From assembly GCA_963798085.1 (NCBI GenBank), contig CAWCRS010000007.1, positions 1,440,001 through 1,504,000 on the forward strand: a DNA stretch of 64,000 nucleotides. The letters are read 5' to 3'. This DNA comes from an uncultured Gemmatimonadales bacterium. Its GTDB lineage: Bacteria; Gemmatimonadota; Gemmatimonadetes; Longimicrobiales; RSA9. The position numbers were made by a program, and so were the translations under genes. How positions within the stretch are numbered: the first letter of the stretch is position 1; the number at the start of each line of letters is the position of its first letter. Shown here piece by piece: positions 31,751 to 42,868 of this stretch. Under the pieces are notes generated by a model. The model did not search any database and had not been told where the DNA came from. It saw only the letters and a program-made list of their open reading frames with translations.

Positions 31751-31796
31751 TAAGCTGGACGACTCTCCTGGACCTGGATGAAGGAGGTACGAGACC

Positions 31797-32108
31797 ATGG
31801 CAACTGCTGCTGCAACGCAGATCCGGCCGTTGGCGGACCGGATTGTCGTGAAGCCGCTCGAGGAAACAGAGCAGATGCGGGGCGGGCTGTATATCCCGGA
31901 CACGGCCAAGGAAAAGCCTCAGCAGGGTGAGGTGGTGGCGGTGGGCCCGGGCAAGATGACCGATGAGGGGACGCGCATCGCGCCGGAAGTGTCGACGGGC
32001 GATCGCATCCTCTATGGCAAGTACAGCGGTACGGAAGTCACGGTGGGGGACGAGCAGTACCTGATCCTGCGTGAGACGGACGTGCTCGCGGTGATCAAGC
32101 TGGGATAA
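31797..32108 (+). CDS. groES: Co-chaperonin GroES
   Basis: IRPLADRIVV, GGLYIPDTAKEKPQQGEVVAVGPG. Confidence 0.98.
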   Translation: MATAAATQIRPLADRIVVKPLEETEQMRGGLYIPDTAKEKPQQGEVVAVGPGKMTDEGTRIAPEVSTGDRILYGKYSGTEVTVGDEQYLILRETDVLAVIKLG

Positions 32109-32143
32109 GGCAGGCAACACCAATCGCTGACGAACGGAGGTAG

Positions 32144-33787
<1,644 letters not shown>

Positions 33788-33797
33788 CAGGTTCGGA

Positions 33798-34330
33798 GGC
33801 GGTTCTCGGGCCCGGACACGGGCTGGGAACGACAACGAATCTTCGGTCGGGAGGCGGGGGTCCTGCAAGGGGCCCCCGCCTCTGCCTTCTCGGAGGCAGG
33901 GGTTCGTCCGGGGACTCGACCGAACGTCGTTGCTCGGGCCGGTGGCTGGAGACTCATTGCCTGAGGAACGGTTCCTGTCTGCAGCTGGCTCGCATCCGGA
34001 CCGGGACGCGCGCGGCCACAGACGATGCCGGCGGCACGCGCGTCCGCCATTGCACTCTAACAGGCTGCAAGGGGGTTCCATTTGTCACCCGCTGTCGCTG
34101 CGTACGCCGACGACTGTCGTACACGCCGCTGTTAGTGCCACACCGGCCCGGGGCCGCAACGCCGCCGGTCCGTTCCCGGCAAACCAGTCCGGGCAGCGCC
34201 GTTCGGTCCGTATCCGTTTCCAGCAACCAGCCCGGGCAACCAGCGCCAGCAACGCCGTTCGGCGTGTAGTGCGTTCCCCAGCAACCAGCCGAGCAAACGC
34301 CGTTCGGTCCGTACCGAGCAACGCATTCTC
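33798..34330. repeat. Composite inverted array of degenerate ~40-50 bp units (REP/BIME-like)
   Basis: Units CGTTCCC...GCAACGCCGTTC: two reverse copies (33800-33835, 33921-33972) and three to four forward copies (34155-34330). Confidence 0.65.
33851..33882 (+). terminator. Strong hairpin downstream of groEL
   Basis: GAGGCGGGGGTCCT-GCAA-GGGGCCCCCGCCTC; no clear U tract. Confidence 0.55.
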
Positions 34331-34342
34331 CGGACAACGGAA

Positions 34343-34373
34343 CGAGCCCACGCGCCTGCGCTGCGTGGGCTCG
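34343..34373. terminator. Hairpin between convergent genes
   Basis: CGAGCCCACGCG...TGCGTGGGCTCG. Confidence 0.55.
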
Positions 34374-34408
34374 CACCTGCGTCAGTGGGTCGTGGGTTTT
34401 CGGGCGCG

Positions 34409-34945
34409 CTACCGGATGGGCGCGCAGACCACGGTCTGGCCCGGGTTGGTGCCGTCACGCTCGTGCACGTGCAGACTGTACTGCCCGTCGTGCAACTGCT
34501 GCTGCGACAGCTTGTCGGCCGGAATGGTCACGTCTGCCGTGGCGTGGCCATTCGCATCGGGCGTGATCGCCGCGCCGATGCCCTTCAGGGTCTCGGTATC
34601 CGTGATGGCCAGTACGATCGGGCCATCCGCGTCACACCCGGCCTGGTGCACGTGCCAGGCGTGCGCGCCCTGAGCCAGACCGTTCAGGTCGACTTCGAGA
34701 CGGGTGTCACCATTACTCTCGCCCGTGATGAGCACGGTGCCGGTGACGTTGGCGCCGGCGGGGCCAGGCGTGAATGCCACGGAGTGCGCCGCTTCCAGCG
34801 CACTCACCGTGGCCATGGTGTCCGGGCGCGCCGTCTCCTGTGCGCTGCTGGCGCTCGAGTCGGCCGAGGTACGCGGTCCGCAGGCCCCAAGGACGGCCGT
34901 GCCCAGAAGCAGGGGCAGCGAATGCAACAGCTTGTTCGACTTCAT
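34409..34945 (-). CDS. Lipoprotein with Cu/Zn-SOD-like fold
   Basis: Lipobox LGAC; HAWHVHQAGC, LHVHE, VVCAPI. Confidence 0.7.
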   Translation of the reverse strand: MKSNKLLHSLPLLLGTAVLGACGPRTSADSSASSAQETARPDTMATVSALEAAHSVAFTPGPAGANVTGTVLITGESNGDTRLEVDLNGLAQGAHAWHVHQAGCDADGPIVLAITDTETLKGIGAAITPDANGHATADVTIPADKLSQQQLHDGQYSLHVHERDGTNPGQTVVCAPIR

Positions 34946-35057
34946 GGCTTCCTCCGGTGAATCGGGTAACAGACAGTCATCGGGTTGCGCGTGTGCGTTC
35001 CTTTCCGCATTCGATCCGGCGCGGACGACGCACGCTGCGCATCGCCCGCGCCGGCCT

Positions 35058-35207
35058 TCAGACGACGCGTCTGCCCGTGATGAGCTGAAGCAGCAGCACG
35101 GCCACTGCGATGACGAGCAGCAGCCAGATCCAGCCGCCCAGTGTGTAGGAGCTGATGAGCCCGAGGAACCACAGTACCAGCAGAATGAGGAATATCGTCC
35201 AGAGCAC
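35058..35207 (-). CDS. Small membrane protein, lmo0937 family
   Basis: MLWTIFLILLVLWFLGLISSYTLGGWIWLLLVIAV...ITGRR; GGGAGGG SD. Confidence 0.85.
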   Translation of the reverse strand: MLWTIFLILLVLWFLGLISSYTLGGWIWLLLVIAVAVLLLQLITGRRVV

Positions 35208-35484
35208 GGTTCCCTCCCGCGAAGCATCACCATCGATGTGCGACTCCCGCACATCGCGGGGGCGAATGCCGTGGGTTTGCGCATTCGCGATCGCGGCGAG
35301 GCACCGGGCGGCGCGCGTACGCACAATCCACCCCCGCCGCCGCGCGCATCCACTTGCGTACGCGCGGCCGTTCCGGTGCAGCAACGCCGCTGATTTTCCC
35401 CTCGTGCTTTCCCGTGGAGGCAACTCGCGTACCAGACGCTCGGCGCGCGGGCGGCCGACGCCGGATGCGTGTGCGCGGCTGCGC

Positions 35485-35513
35485 TTGACGTACGGCCCGC
35501 GCGCGGCCATTTT
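35485..35513 (+). promoter_or_regulatory. Putative sigma70 promoter
   Basis: TTGACG-N17-CATTTT. Confidence 0.45.
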
Positions 35514-35519
35514 TTCGTG

Positions 35520-35671
35520 TCACGCACGCGGAGCCTGTCATGCGAACGCTGCCCGGAAGCACCACCGCAACCCGCCGGTTCACCGGCAAGGGTGGGTCGC
35601 GCGCCTGAGCATTGGTATCGCAGGTCGGGTCAGCGCGGTCCCTCCCAGTGGAGCGGGCCGCGTTTTCGTTT
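35520..35671 (+). ncRNA. Candidate structured RNA (6S-like rod or thrS attenuator leader)
   Basis: Long irregular hairpin with a central bubble, between a promoter-like element and an intrinsic terminator. Confidence 0.35.
35633..35671 (+). terminator. Intrinsic terminator immediately upstream of thrS
   Basis: GCGCGGTCCCTCC-CAGT-GGAGCGGGCCGCGT followed by TTTCGTTT. Confidence 0.65.
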
Positions 35672-35695
35672 GTGCGCACTCACCATGCATCCGGA

Positions 35696-37621
35696 ATGCA
35701 GAGCCACATGATCGAGATCCGTCTGCCGGACGGCAAAGTCCTCGAGATGGAGTCGCCCACGACTGCGCGCCGCGTGGCGGAGCGCATTGGTCCGGGCCTG
35801 GCACGCGCCGCCATCGCGGCGCGCACGAATGGCAACATCATCGAGCTGGATCGACCGATCGAGTCGAGTACGGGACTCGAGATTCTGACCGAGCGCAGTC
35901 CGCAGGCGCTCAATGTGCTGCGTCATTCCGCCGCGCACGTACTGGCCACGGCCGTGCGACAGGTGCGGCCAGGCGCGGGCATTGGCTTCGGTCCGTCCAT
36001 CCAGGACGGGTTCTACTACGACTTCGAGGTGGATCATCCCTTCACGCCGGATGAGCTGGAGCGCATCGAGACCGCCATGCGTGAGGTGGCCGGTCACAAT
36101 GATGCGTTTGAACGCCGCGCAGTCACGAAGCAGGAGGCGAGAGAACTGTTCGCCGACGATCCGCTGAAGCTGGAGCGACTGGAAGAGCTGGGGCCGGATG
36201 AGGTCATCACCGTCTATCGCAACGGCCCGTTCCTCGATCTGTGCCGCGGGCCGCACGTGCCCTCCACGGGCTACGTGAAGCATTTCAAGCTGCTCCATAC
36301 GGCGGGCGCGTACTGGCGGGGCGACGAACACCGGCAGATGCTGCAGCGCATCTACGGCACGGCGTGGTTCAACCAGAAAGACCTCGACGAATACCTCGAG
36401 CGACTGGAGGAGGCGCGTCGTCGCGATCATCGCGTGCTGGGCACTGCGCTCGACCTGTTCTCCGTCGATCAGCGCGTGGGCCCGGGCCTGATTCTGTGGC
36501 ATCCCAGAGGCGCGATCATACGCAGCGAGATCGAGAACTACGAGCGCGAGCTGATCGTGCGCCACGGCTACGACCTGGTGTACACGCCGCACATCGTGAG
36601 CGAGAAGCTGTTCGAGATCTCGGGCCATCTGGAGAATTTCCGCGAGAACATGTTCGGCGCCATGGAAGTGGAGGGCGCGAAATACCGGCCCAAGCCCATG
36701 AACTGTCCGGGGCACATCGCCATCTACCAGTCACGACAGCGCTCCTACCGCGACCTGCCGCTGCGCTACGCCGAGTTCGGCACCGTCTACCGCTACGAGC
36801 GCAGTGGCGTGCTGCACGGGATGCTGCGCGTGCGCGGTTTCACGCAGGACGACGCGCACGTGTTCTGCACGCCGGAGCAGGTGCCGCAGGAGATCGCGCG
36901 GCTGCTCGACCTGGTGCACGAGATGCTGCAAACATTCGGTTATCCGTACACCATCGAGCTGTCCACCATGCCGGCCAAGGCACTGGGCACGGAGGCGCAG
37001 TGGCGCCACGCCGAGAAGCAGCTGGCGGCGGTGCTGGAGGGCAGGGAACAGGCGTACGAGCTGGACGAAGGTGGCGGCGCGTTCTACGGACCGAAGCTCG
37101 ACTTCAAGCTGATCGACGCGATCGGCCGCAAATGGCAGGGGCCCACCGTGCAGCTGGACTTCAACCTGCCGGAGCGGTTCGCGCTCGAGTACGTGGGCGA
37201 GGACAACAGCCGGCACCAGCCCGTGATGCTGCACCGCGTGCTGGTGGGTTCCATGGAGCGCTTCGTGGGCGGGCTCATCGAGCATTACGCCGGCGCATTC
37301 CCGCTGTGGCTGGCTCCCGAGCAGGTGCGCGTGCTGGCCATCACGGATGAAGTGCTGGGCAGTGCCGAAGCCCTGGACGCGGAGCTGCGCGCCGCCGGAC
37401 TGCGCTCGGGTCTCGACCGCCGCTCGGAGACGCTCAACTACCGCATCCGCGATGCCGAGACGCACAAGGTGCCGTACATGGCTGTCGTCGGTCCGCGGGA
37501 GGCGGCCCAGGGCACCGTGGCCGTGCGCCGGCGAGGCGCGGGCAACAAACAGGAAGTCATGTCACGGGAACTGTTCCGCGCGCGGCTGCTGGGGGAGGTC
37601 CGGAGTCGCAGCCTGGGCTGA
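35696..37621 (+). CDS. thrS: Threonine--tRNA ligase
   Basis: TGS domain, LRHSAAH, DLCRGPH, RDHR, KPMNCPGH, RVRGFTQDDAH, GAFYGPK. Confidence 0.98.
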   Translation: MQSHMIEIRLPDGKVLEMESPTTARRVAERIGPGLARAAIAARTNGNIIELDRPIESSTGLEILTERSPQALNVLRHSAAHVLATAVRQVRPGAGIGFGPSIQDGFYYDFEVDHPFTPDELERIETAMREVAGHNDAFERRAVTKQEARELFADDPLKLERLEELGPDEVITVYRNGPFLDLCRGPHVPSTGYVKHFKLLHTAGAYWRGDEHRQMLQRIYGTAWFNQKDLDEYLERLEEARRRDHRVLGTALDLFSVDQRVGPGLILWHPRGAIIRSEIENYERELIVRHGYDLVYTPHIVSEKLFEISGHLENFRENMFGAMEVEGAKYRPKPMNCPGHIAIYQSRQRSYRDLPLRYAEFGTVYRYERSGVLHGMLRVRGFTQDDAHVFCTPEQVPQEIARLLDLVHEMLQTFGYPYTIELSTMPAKALGTEAQWRHAEKQLAAVLEGREQAYELDEGGGAFYGPKLDFKLIDAIGRKWQGPTVQLDFNLPERFALEYVGEDNSRHQPVMLHRVLVGSMERFVGGLIEHYAGAFPLWLAPEQVRVLAITDEVLGSAEALDAELRAAGLRSGLDRRSETLNYRIRDAETHKVPYMAVVGPREAAQGTVAVRRRGAGNKQEVMSRELFRARLLGEVRSRSLG

Positions 37622-37638
37622 GCCGAGCGCATGCCAGC

Positions 37639-37668
37639 TTGACACAAGCTCAAGCGGGGCCTTAGGTT
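37639..37668 (+). promoter_or_regulatory. Putative sigma70 promoter of infC-rpmI-rplT
   Basis: TTGACA-N17/18-TTAGGT/TAGGTT. Confidence 0.55.
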
Positions 37669-37851
37669 CAGGGTCCGAAAAAGTGGGGAAGCGGGCGGGC
37701 TCGAGTCCGCCTCACCTTTCGGTCCGCTCCAGCGGTACCGCCGGGTCAGCGAATGGAAAACGAACCGCGTGCGCGCGGCTCGTCTTCTTTCCGGCGGGGT
37801 CTGCGAATGCAGGCCCCGTTCATTTTCCCCAAAGAGCCTGGAGGCTGCGCC

Positions 37852-38368
37852 ATATCGACGGAAAAGAGAGTTCGCGTCAATCGTCAGATTCGCATCAGCC
37901 CCGTGCGGGTGATTTCGGCCGAAGGCAATCAGAATGGGCATCATGGCCGTGGAAGATGCGCTGGCGGCAGCAGAGAGTTCGGGCCTGGATCTGGTCGAGG
38001 TGGCGCCCAATGCGCGGCCGCCCGTCGTCCGGATCATGGACTATGGCAAGTTCAAGTATGAGGAAGCCAGAAAGGCCCGACTGGCGCGCAAGAAGCAGCA
38101 TCAGATCCACATCAAGGAAGTAAAGTTCAGGCCCGGCATCGAGCCGCACGATTTTGCGTTCAAGGTGCGGAACGCGCGTCGCTTCCTCGAGGAGGGCGAC
38201 AAGGTGAAAGCGACGATGATGTTCCGGGGCCGTCAGGTGGCGCTGCCCGAGATGGGCCGTGAAGTATTGCGGCGAGTGGCCGACGTGCTGCAGGACGTGG
38301 GCAAGGTGGAAGTCGAACCGGCCATGGAAGGTCGCACCATGACCATGGTCCTGGGTCCCAGGAAGTAG
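37852..38368 (+). CDS. infC: Translation initiation factor IF-3; ATA start, apparent frameshift near 37933
   Basis: GGAGG SD then [23 protein letters not shown]; downstream frame [30 protein letters not shown]. Confidence 0.93.
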
Positions 38369-38396
38369 CGGGGCGAGAGTCCCGAAGCGAGATGAG

Positions 38397-38597
38397 ATGC
38401 CAAAGACAAAGATGAAGACGAACAAGAGCGTGGCGAAGCGCTTCCGCGTGACATCGAGTGGCAAGGTCAAGCGGCAGCACGCCTTCAAGAGCCACATTCT
38501 GACCAAGAAGACCTCCAAACGGAAGCGCCGGCTGCGCAAGTCCGATCTGTGTGCGCCGGGCGACGCACGGCGCATCAAGCGGATGCTGCGGGGCTGA
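38397..38597 (+). CDS. rpmI: 50S ribosomal protein L35
   Basis: [12 protein letters not shown]...SHILTKK. Confidence 0.96.
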   Translation: MPKTKMKTNKSVAKRFRVTSSGKVKRQHAFKSHILTKKTSKRKRRLRKSDLCAPGDARRIKRMLRG

Positions 38598-38610
38598 GGA
38601 GGAGGCTGTC

Positions 38611-38976
38611 ATGGCGAGAACAACGAACGCGGTGCCACGGCATCGCAAGAAGCGGCGCATCTTTCGCGCAGCGCGCGGTTATTTTGGCGGTCGCTCCAAG
38701 CTCTGGCGCATTGCGAAGAACGCGGTCGAGCGGGGCTGGCAGTACGCGTACCGCGATCGCAAGCAGCGCAAGCGCGAGTTCCGCCGCCTCTGGATCACGC
38801 GCATCAACGCGGCCGTCCGCCTGCACGACGCGGAGCTCAACTACTCGCGCTTCATGAACGGGCTCCGCAAGTCGGGAGTGGAAGTGAACCGCAAGGTTCT
38901 CGCGGACCTTGCCGTACACGACGCGGCCGCCTTCGCCGAGCTGGTACGCCAGGCCAAGGCCGGACTCATGGTCTGA
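38611..38976 (+). CDS. rplT: 50S ribosomal protein L20
   Basis: YAYRDRKQRKREFRRLWITRINAA, NRKVLADLA. Confidence 0.97.
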   Translation: MARTTNAVPRHRKKRRIFRAARGYFGGRSKLWRIAKNAVERGWQYAYRDRKQRKREFRRLWITRINAAVRLHDAELNYSRFMNGLRKSGVEVNRKVLADLAVHDAAAFAELVRQAKAGLMV

Positions 38977-39149
38977 GGCGGGAGGGCCGGCGCTGCACCG
39001 GCCCTGCGTTCCCGCGGTCTGCGCAGGCTCGCGCGTGGTTGGCGCAATGATTCCCGAACAAGGAGCGGCGGGCGCGTGTCGCCTGCGCGACCACAGGGTC
39101 CGGGCCCGGCGCACGGACAGGGGTCGCGCGCTGCCGCTTTTCCGAGACG

Positions 39150-40184
39150 ATGCCGGCGAATGATTCTCTGATCGACCAGATCACCGCGCTGCAGGCGGAA
39201 GCCGAACAGGCGGTTAGTGCGGTGCGCACGGAAGCGGAGCTGGAGGTGGCACGGGTCCGCTTCCTCGGGCGCAAGGAAGGCCGCCTCACGGCCATCATGC
39301 GCGGCCTGGGCAGCCTGCCCGCGGAAGCGCGACCGGCGGTGGGCGAAGCCTCCAATCGCGCGAAACAGCATATAACAGAACTGCTGGACGCGGCTGCGGC
39401 GCGCATCGGTGCGGGCGGCCCGAGCGCGGGTGCACGGCTGGACCTCACGCTGCCGGGCCGTCACGCCTGGACGGGAGGGCGGCACCCGGTCACCCTCGTG
39501 ATCGACGAGATCTGTCGCGTCCTGGGCGACCTGGGCTTCACCCGTGCACGCGGCCCGGAAGCGGAGACCGACTGGTACAACTTCGTCGCCTTGAACACGT
39601 CGCTGGACCATCCGGCGGCGGACATGCACGACACGTTCTACCTGGCGCCCGGCGTGCTGCTGCGCAGTCACACCTCGCCGGTGCAGATCCGCACCATGCA
39701 GCAGTATCAGCCGCCCATCCGGATTCTGGCGCCGGGCATGTGCTACCGGCGCGACCCGTTCAATGCCTCGCACGCGCCCGCCTTCGAACAGCTCGAGGGA
39801 CTGGCCGTGGACGAAGGCATCACCTTCGTCGACTTCAAGGCGACGATCGCCGAATTCGCGCGCGGTCTGTTCGGGCCGGAAACACGCGTGCGCTTCCGCC
39901 CATCGTTCTTTCCGTTCACGGAGCCCTCCGCCGAGGTGGATGTCAGTTGCATCATCTGCCGCGGGCGAGGCTGCAGTGTGTGCAAGGGCACGGGCTGGCT
40001 CGAGATCATGGGCTCCGGCATGGTGCATCCGAAGGTGCTGGAAACCGTGGGTTATGATGCCGGGCGCTACACCGGTTTCGCCTTCGGCATGGGCCCGGCG
40101 CGCATTGCGCTCGTGCGCTACGGCATTCCCGATATCCGCCTGCTCTACGAAGCGGACACGCGCTTCCTCGAGCAGTTCGTGTGA
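39150..40184 (+). CDS. pheS: Phenylalanine--tRNA ligase alpha subunit
   Basis: HPAADMHDTF, LRSHTSPVQIR, FRPSFFPFTEPS, GFAFGMG. Confidence 0.98.
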   Translation: MPANDSLIDQITALQAEAEQAVSAVRTEAELEVARVRFLGRKEGRLTAIMRGLGSLPAEARPAVGEASNRAKQHITELLDAAAARIGAGGPSAGARLDLTLPGRHAWTGGRHPVTLVIDEICRVLGDLGFTRARGPEAETDWYNFVALNTSLDHPAADMHDTFYLAPGVLLRSHTSPVQIRTMQQYQPPIRILAPGMCYRRDPFNASHAPAFEQLEGLAVDEGITFVDFKATIAEFARGLFGPETRVRFRPSFFPFTEPSAEVDVSCIICRGRGCSVCKGTGWLEIMGSGMVHPKVLETVGYDAGRYTGFAFGMGPARIALVRYGIPDIRLLYEADTRFLEQFV

Positions 40185-40188
40185 TGCC

Positions 40189-42582
40189 ATGAACGTGAGT
40201 CATCGCTGGCTGCGCGAGCTGCTGCCCTCGCTGAGCGATCCGGCGCGCGTCGTGGCCGAGCGCCTGGCCATGCTGGGGGCGCCGGTCGACGAAGTGCTCG
40301 CCCTGGGCGAGCCGCTCCGCGACATCCGCATTGCGCGCGTCCTCGAGGTGCGTCGCCATCCCAACGCGGACCGGCTATCACTCTGTCAGGTCGATGCCGG
40401 CACGGGGCTCGCGCTGAGCGTCGTGTGCGGCGCGCCCAACGTGCGTGCGGGTGCGTGCTATCCCTTCGCGCCCGCCGGCGCCCGCCTCCCGGACGGCACG
40501 GCCATCCGCCGCTCGAAGATCCGTGGCGAAGAGAGCAACGGCATGTTGTGCAGCGCGGCCGAGCTGCAGCTGGGTCGCGATCATGATGGCATTCTCGAGC
40601 TGCACGGCGAGTTCCAGCCGGGCGCGAGCTTCGTGGATGCCGTGGGCCTGAACGACACGCGCCTGGTCATCGATGTCACGCCCAACCGGCCCGACCTGCT
40701 GTCGCACTGGGGTGTGGCACGCGAGCTGGCCGCCGCGGGCGAGGCGGACATGCTGCTGCCCGCATTTCCCGGTCAGCAGGCCGAGCGGCCCGGGGCCGCG
40801 CTTCGTCTGCTGCGCGGCGACGCCAGCGTCGCGGCCGCGGGTGTGCGCATTACCCTCGAGGACGGCGAAGGCTGCCCGCGCTACCTGGGCACTCTGCTGC
40901 GGGGCCTGCACATCGCGCCTTCGCCGGAGTGGCTGGCGTCGCGGCTGCGCGCCGTGGGGCTGCGCCCGATCAACAATGTGGTGGATGCGACTAACTGGGT
41001 GTTGTACGAGCTGGGCCAGCCGCTGCACGCCTTCGACCTGCGCGCGCTGGGCGATACCATCGTGGTGCGGCGGGCGCGCGCGGGCGAAGCCCTGGTCACG
41101 CTGGATGGCGAGACGCGCCGGCTGACGCCCGCTGTCCTGGTGATCGCCGACGCGCAGCGCCCGGTCGCGCTGGCCGGCATCATGGGTGGTCGCGAGACCG
41201 AGGTGAGGGCGGACACGACGGACGTGCTGCTGGAGTGCGCGCTCTTCGCGCCGCAGACGGTGCGGGCGGGTCGTCGCCTTCTCGGCATGAACACGGACGC
41301 GAGCTACCGCTTCGAGCGCGGCGTGGATCCGGACATGATGGAACGGGCGCTGGGTCGCGCGGTCGACCTGATCTGTGCCACCGCCGGCGGCCGGCCTGAA
41401 CTCGACGTCCCTTTTGCGGACGCCGGGCTGCCGTTAGCCGCCATGATCGAGCTGCGCGCGGCGCGCGCCGTGCAGGTGCTGGGCGTACCGGTGTCGCTGG
41501 ACGAGATGACAGCACTGTTGCGGCCGCTCGGTTTCACGATCCAGGCTACGACGCCGCACGCACTGTCCGCGCGCGTCCCCGGGCACCGCCGCTATGATGT
41601 GTTCGGCGAGGCTGACCTCATCGAAGAGGTGGCGCGGCGGAGGGGATACGACACATTCCCCGACGAGCTGCGCCCTTTTCGTCCGAGTGCCGTGCCCGAC
41701 AACGGGGTGGCCCGGCTCGAGGATCGGCTGCGCGATGGTCTGGTCGCGCGCGGGTTCCTCGAATCGCGGGGTATGCCGCTGGTCCCGGAACGCGATGGCG
41801 ATGTCGCGCTGCTGCTGCCATTGGCGCTCACCGAGAGCCGTCTGCGGCGGGCACTGTTGCCGGGACTCACGCATCGCGTGGAAGCCAACTTCAATCGTGG
41901 GGCACGGGATGTCCGGCTCTTCGAGATCGGCACGGTGTTCGCGCCTGGTGGCGAGGGTGGCCTGCCGCGCGAGGCGACGCACCTGGCCGCGATCATGACC
42001 GGCGGTCGTTCGCCTGAGCACTGGAGCGGCCCGGTCCCGGTCTTCGACGTCTGGGACCTCAAGGGGCTGCTCGAAGAGCTGGCCGATGAACTGGGCGGTG
42101 CCGTGCGCGCTGCGGAAGCTGGCGCGGGCGATCGTCTCGAAATGGTAGTGGGCGAGCCAGCGCGTATTGCGGGCGAGGCGTCGCGCGTACCGCCGGAGAG
42201 CATGGATGCGCCGGCCTGGGCCGCGCCGGTCTGGGGCCTGGAGATTGAACTGCTGCCATCGATGACGGCCCGACCGGGGGTAATGGCGCGCGCACTGCCC
42301 GCGCAGCCTGCGGTGGATCGGGACATCGCGCTGATCGCCCCGGAAGCGGTCACGGCGCAGGCACTGCTGCAGGCGCTTCGCGAGAGTGGCGGCCCGCTGC
42401 TCGAGACGGCGTATCCGTTCGATGTCTACGTGGGCGAGGGTATTCCCGCGGGGCGGCGCAGCATTGCGTTCCGGCTGCGCTTCCGGGCGGCAGACCGTAC
42501 GTTGACGGTGGCGGAGGTGGATGCGGTGCTGGGTCGCATCCTCGAGCGGCTGAAGCAGGAGCACCATGCCGAGCGACGCTGA
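40189..42582 (+). CDS. pheT: Phenylalanine--tRNA ligase beta subunit
   Basis: HPNADRL, VVCGAPN, TPNRPD, INNVVDATN, ASYRFERGVD, C-terminal FDX-ACB domain. Confidence 0.97.
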   Translation: MNVSHRWLRELLPSLSDPARVVAERLAMLGAPVDEVLALGEPLRDIRIARVLEVRRHPNADRLSLCQVDAGTGLALSVVCGAPNVRAGACYPFAPAGARLPDGTAIRRSKIRGEESNGMLCSAAELQLGRDHDGILELHGEFQPGASFVDAVGLNDTRLVIDVTPNRPDLLSHWGVARELAAAGEADMLLPAFPGQQAERPGAALRLLRGDASVAAAGVRITLEDGEGCPRYLGTLLRGLHIAPSPEWLASRLRAVGLRPINNVVDATNWVLYELGQPLHAFDLRALGDTIVVRRARAGEALVTLDGETRRLTPAVLVIADAQRPVALAGIMGGRETEVRADTTDVLLECALFAPQTVRAGRRLLGMNTDASYRFERGVDPDMMERALGRAVDLICATAGGRPELDVPFADAGLPLAAMIELRAARAVQVLGVPVSLDEMTALLRPLGFTIQATTPHALSARVPGHRRYDVFGEADLIEEVARRRGYDTFPDELRPFRPSAVPDNGVARLEDRLRDGLVARGFLESRGMPLVPERDGDVALLLPLALTESRLRRALLPGLTHRVEANFNRGARDVRLFEIGTVFAPGGEGGLPREATHLAAIMTGGRSPEHWSGPVPVFDVWDLKGLLEELADELGGAVRAAEAGAGDRLEMVVGEPARIAGEASRVPPESMDAPAWAAPVWGLEIELLPSMTARPGVMARALPAQPAVDRDIALIAPEAVTAQALLQALRESGGPLLETAYPFDVYVGEGIPAGRRSIAFRLRFRAADRTLTVAEVDAVLGRILERLKQEHHAERR

Positions 42583-42868
42583 TTCTGCGGCAATTCCGGG
42601 TTGGAACGAACTCGAGCAGACGGTGCGCCGACTGCTCGACGATCACGACGCGCTGCGCCAGCGCGCGGCGGCTGCCGAGAAGCGCGCGGGCGAGCTGGAG
42701 CGCGCGCTGCACGATGTCTCCGGTGGCCGCATCGACCCGATGGCGCTGGCCGAGCGCGCGCGTGCGCTGGAGCACGAGAATCGCGAACTGCACACGCGTC
42801 TCGATCATGCGCGTGAAACGGTGCAGCGGCTGCTGGCGCGTGTCCGCTTCAGTGAGGAGGAATCGTGA
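42566..42868 (+). CDS. Coiled-coil protein, ZapB-like
   Basis: Heptad-rich 100-aa ORF between pheT and zapA. Confidence 0.65.
   Translation: MPSDADSAAIPGWNELEQTVRRLLDDHDALRQRAAAAEKRAGELERALHDVSGGRIDPMALAERARALEHENRELHTRLDHARETVQRLLARVRFSEEES

Noticed and set aside
34155..34330. Possible CRISPR array
   Set aside because: Units are degenerate, irregularly spaced, occur in both orientations and share their spacer-like parts; no cas genes in the window.
35588..35602. T-box riboswitch upstream of thrS
   Set aside because: AAGGGTGGGTCGCG only partly resembles the T-box; the UGGNACC bulge and a specifier stem were not identifiable.
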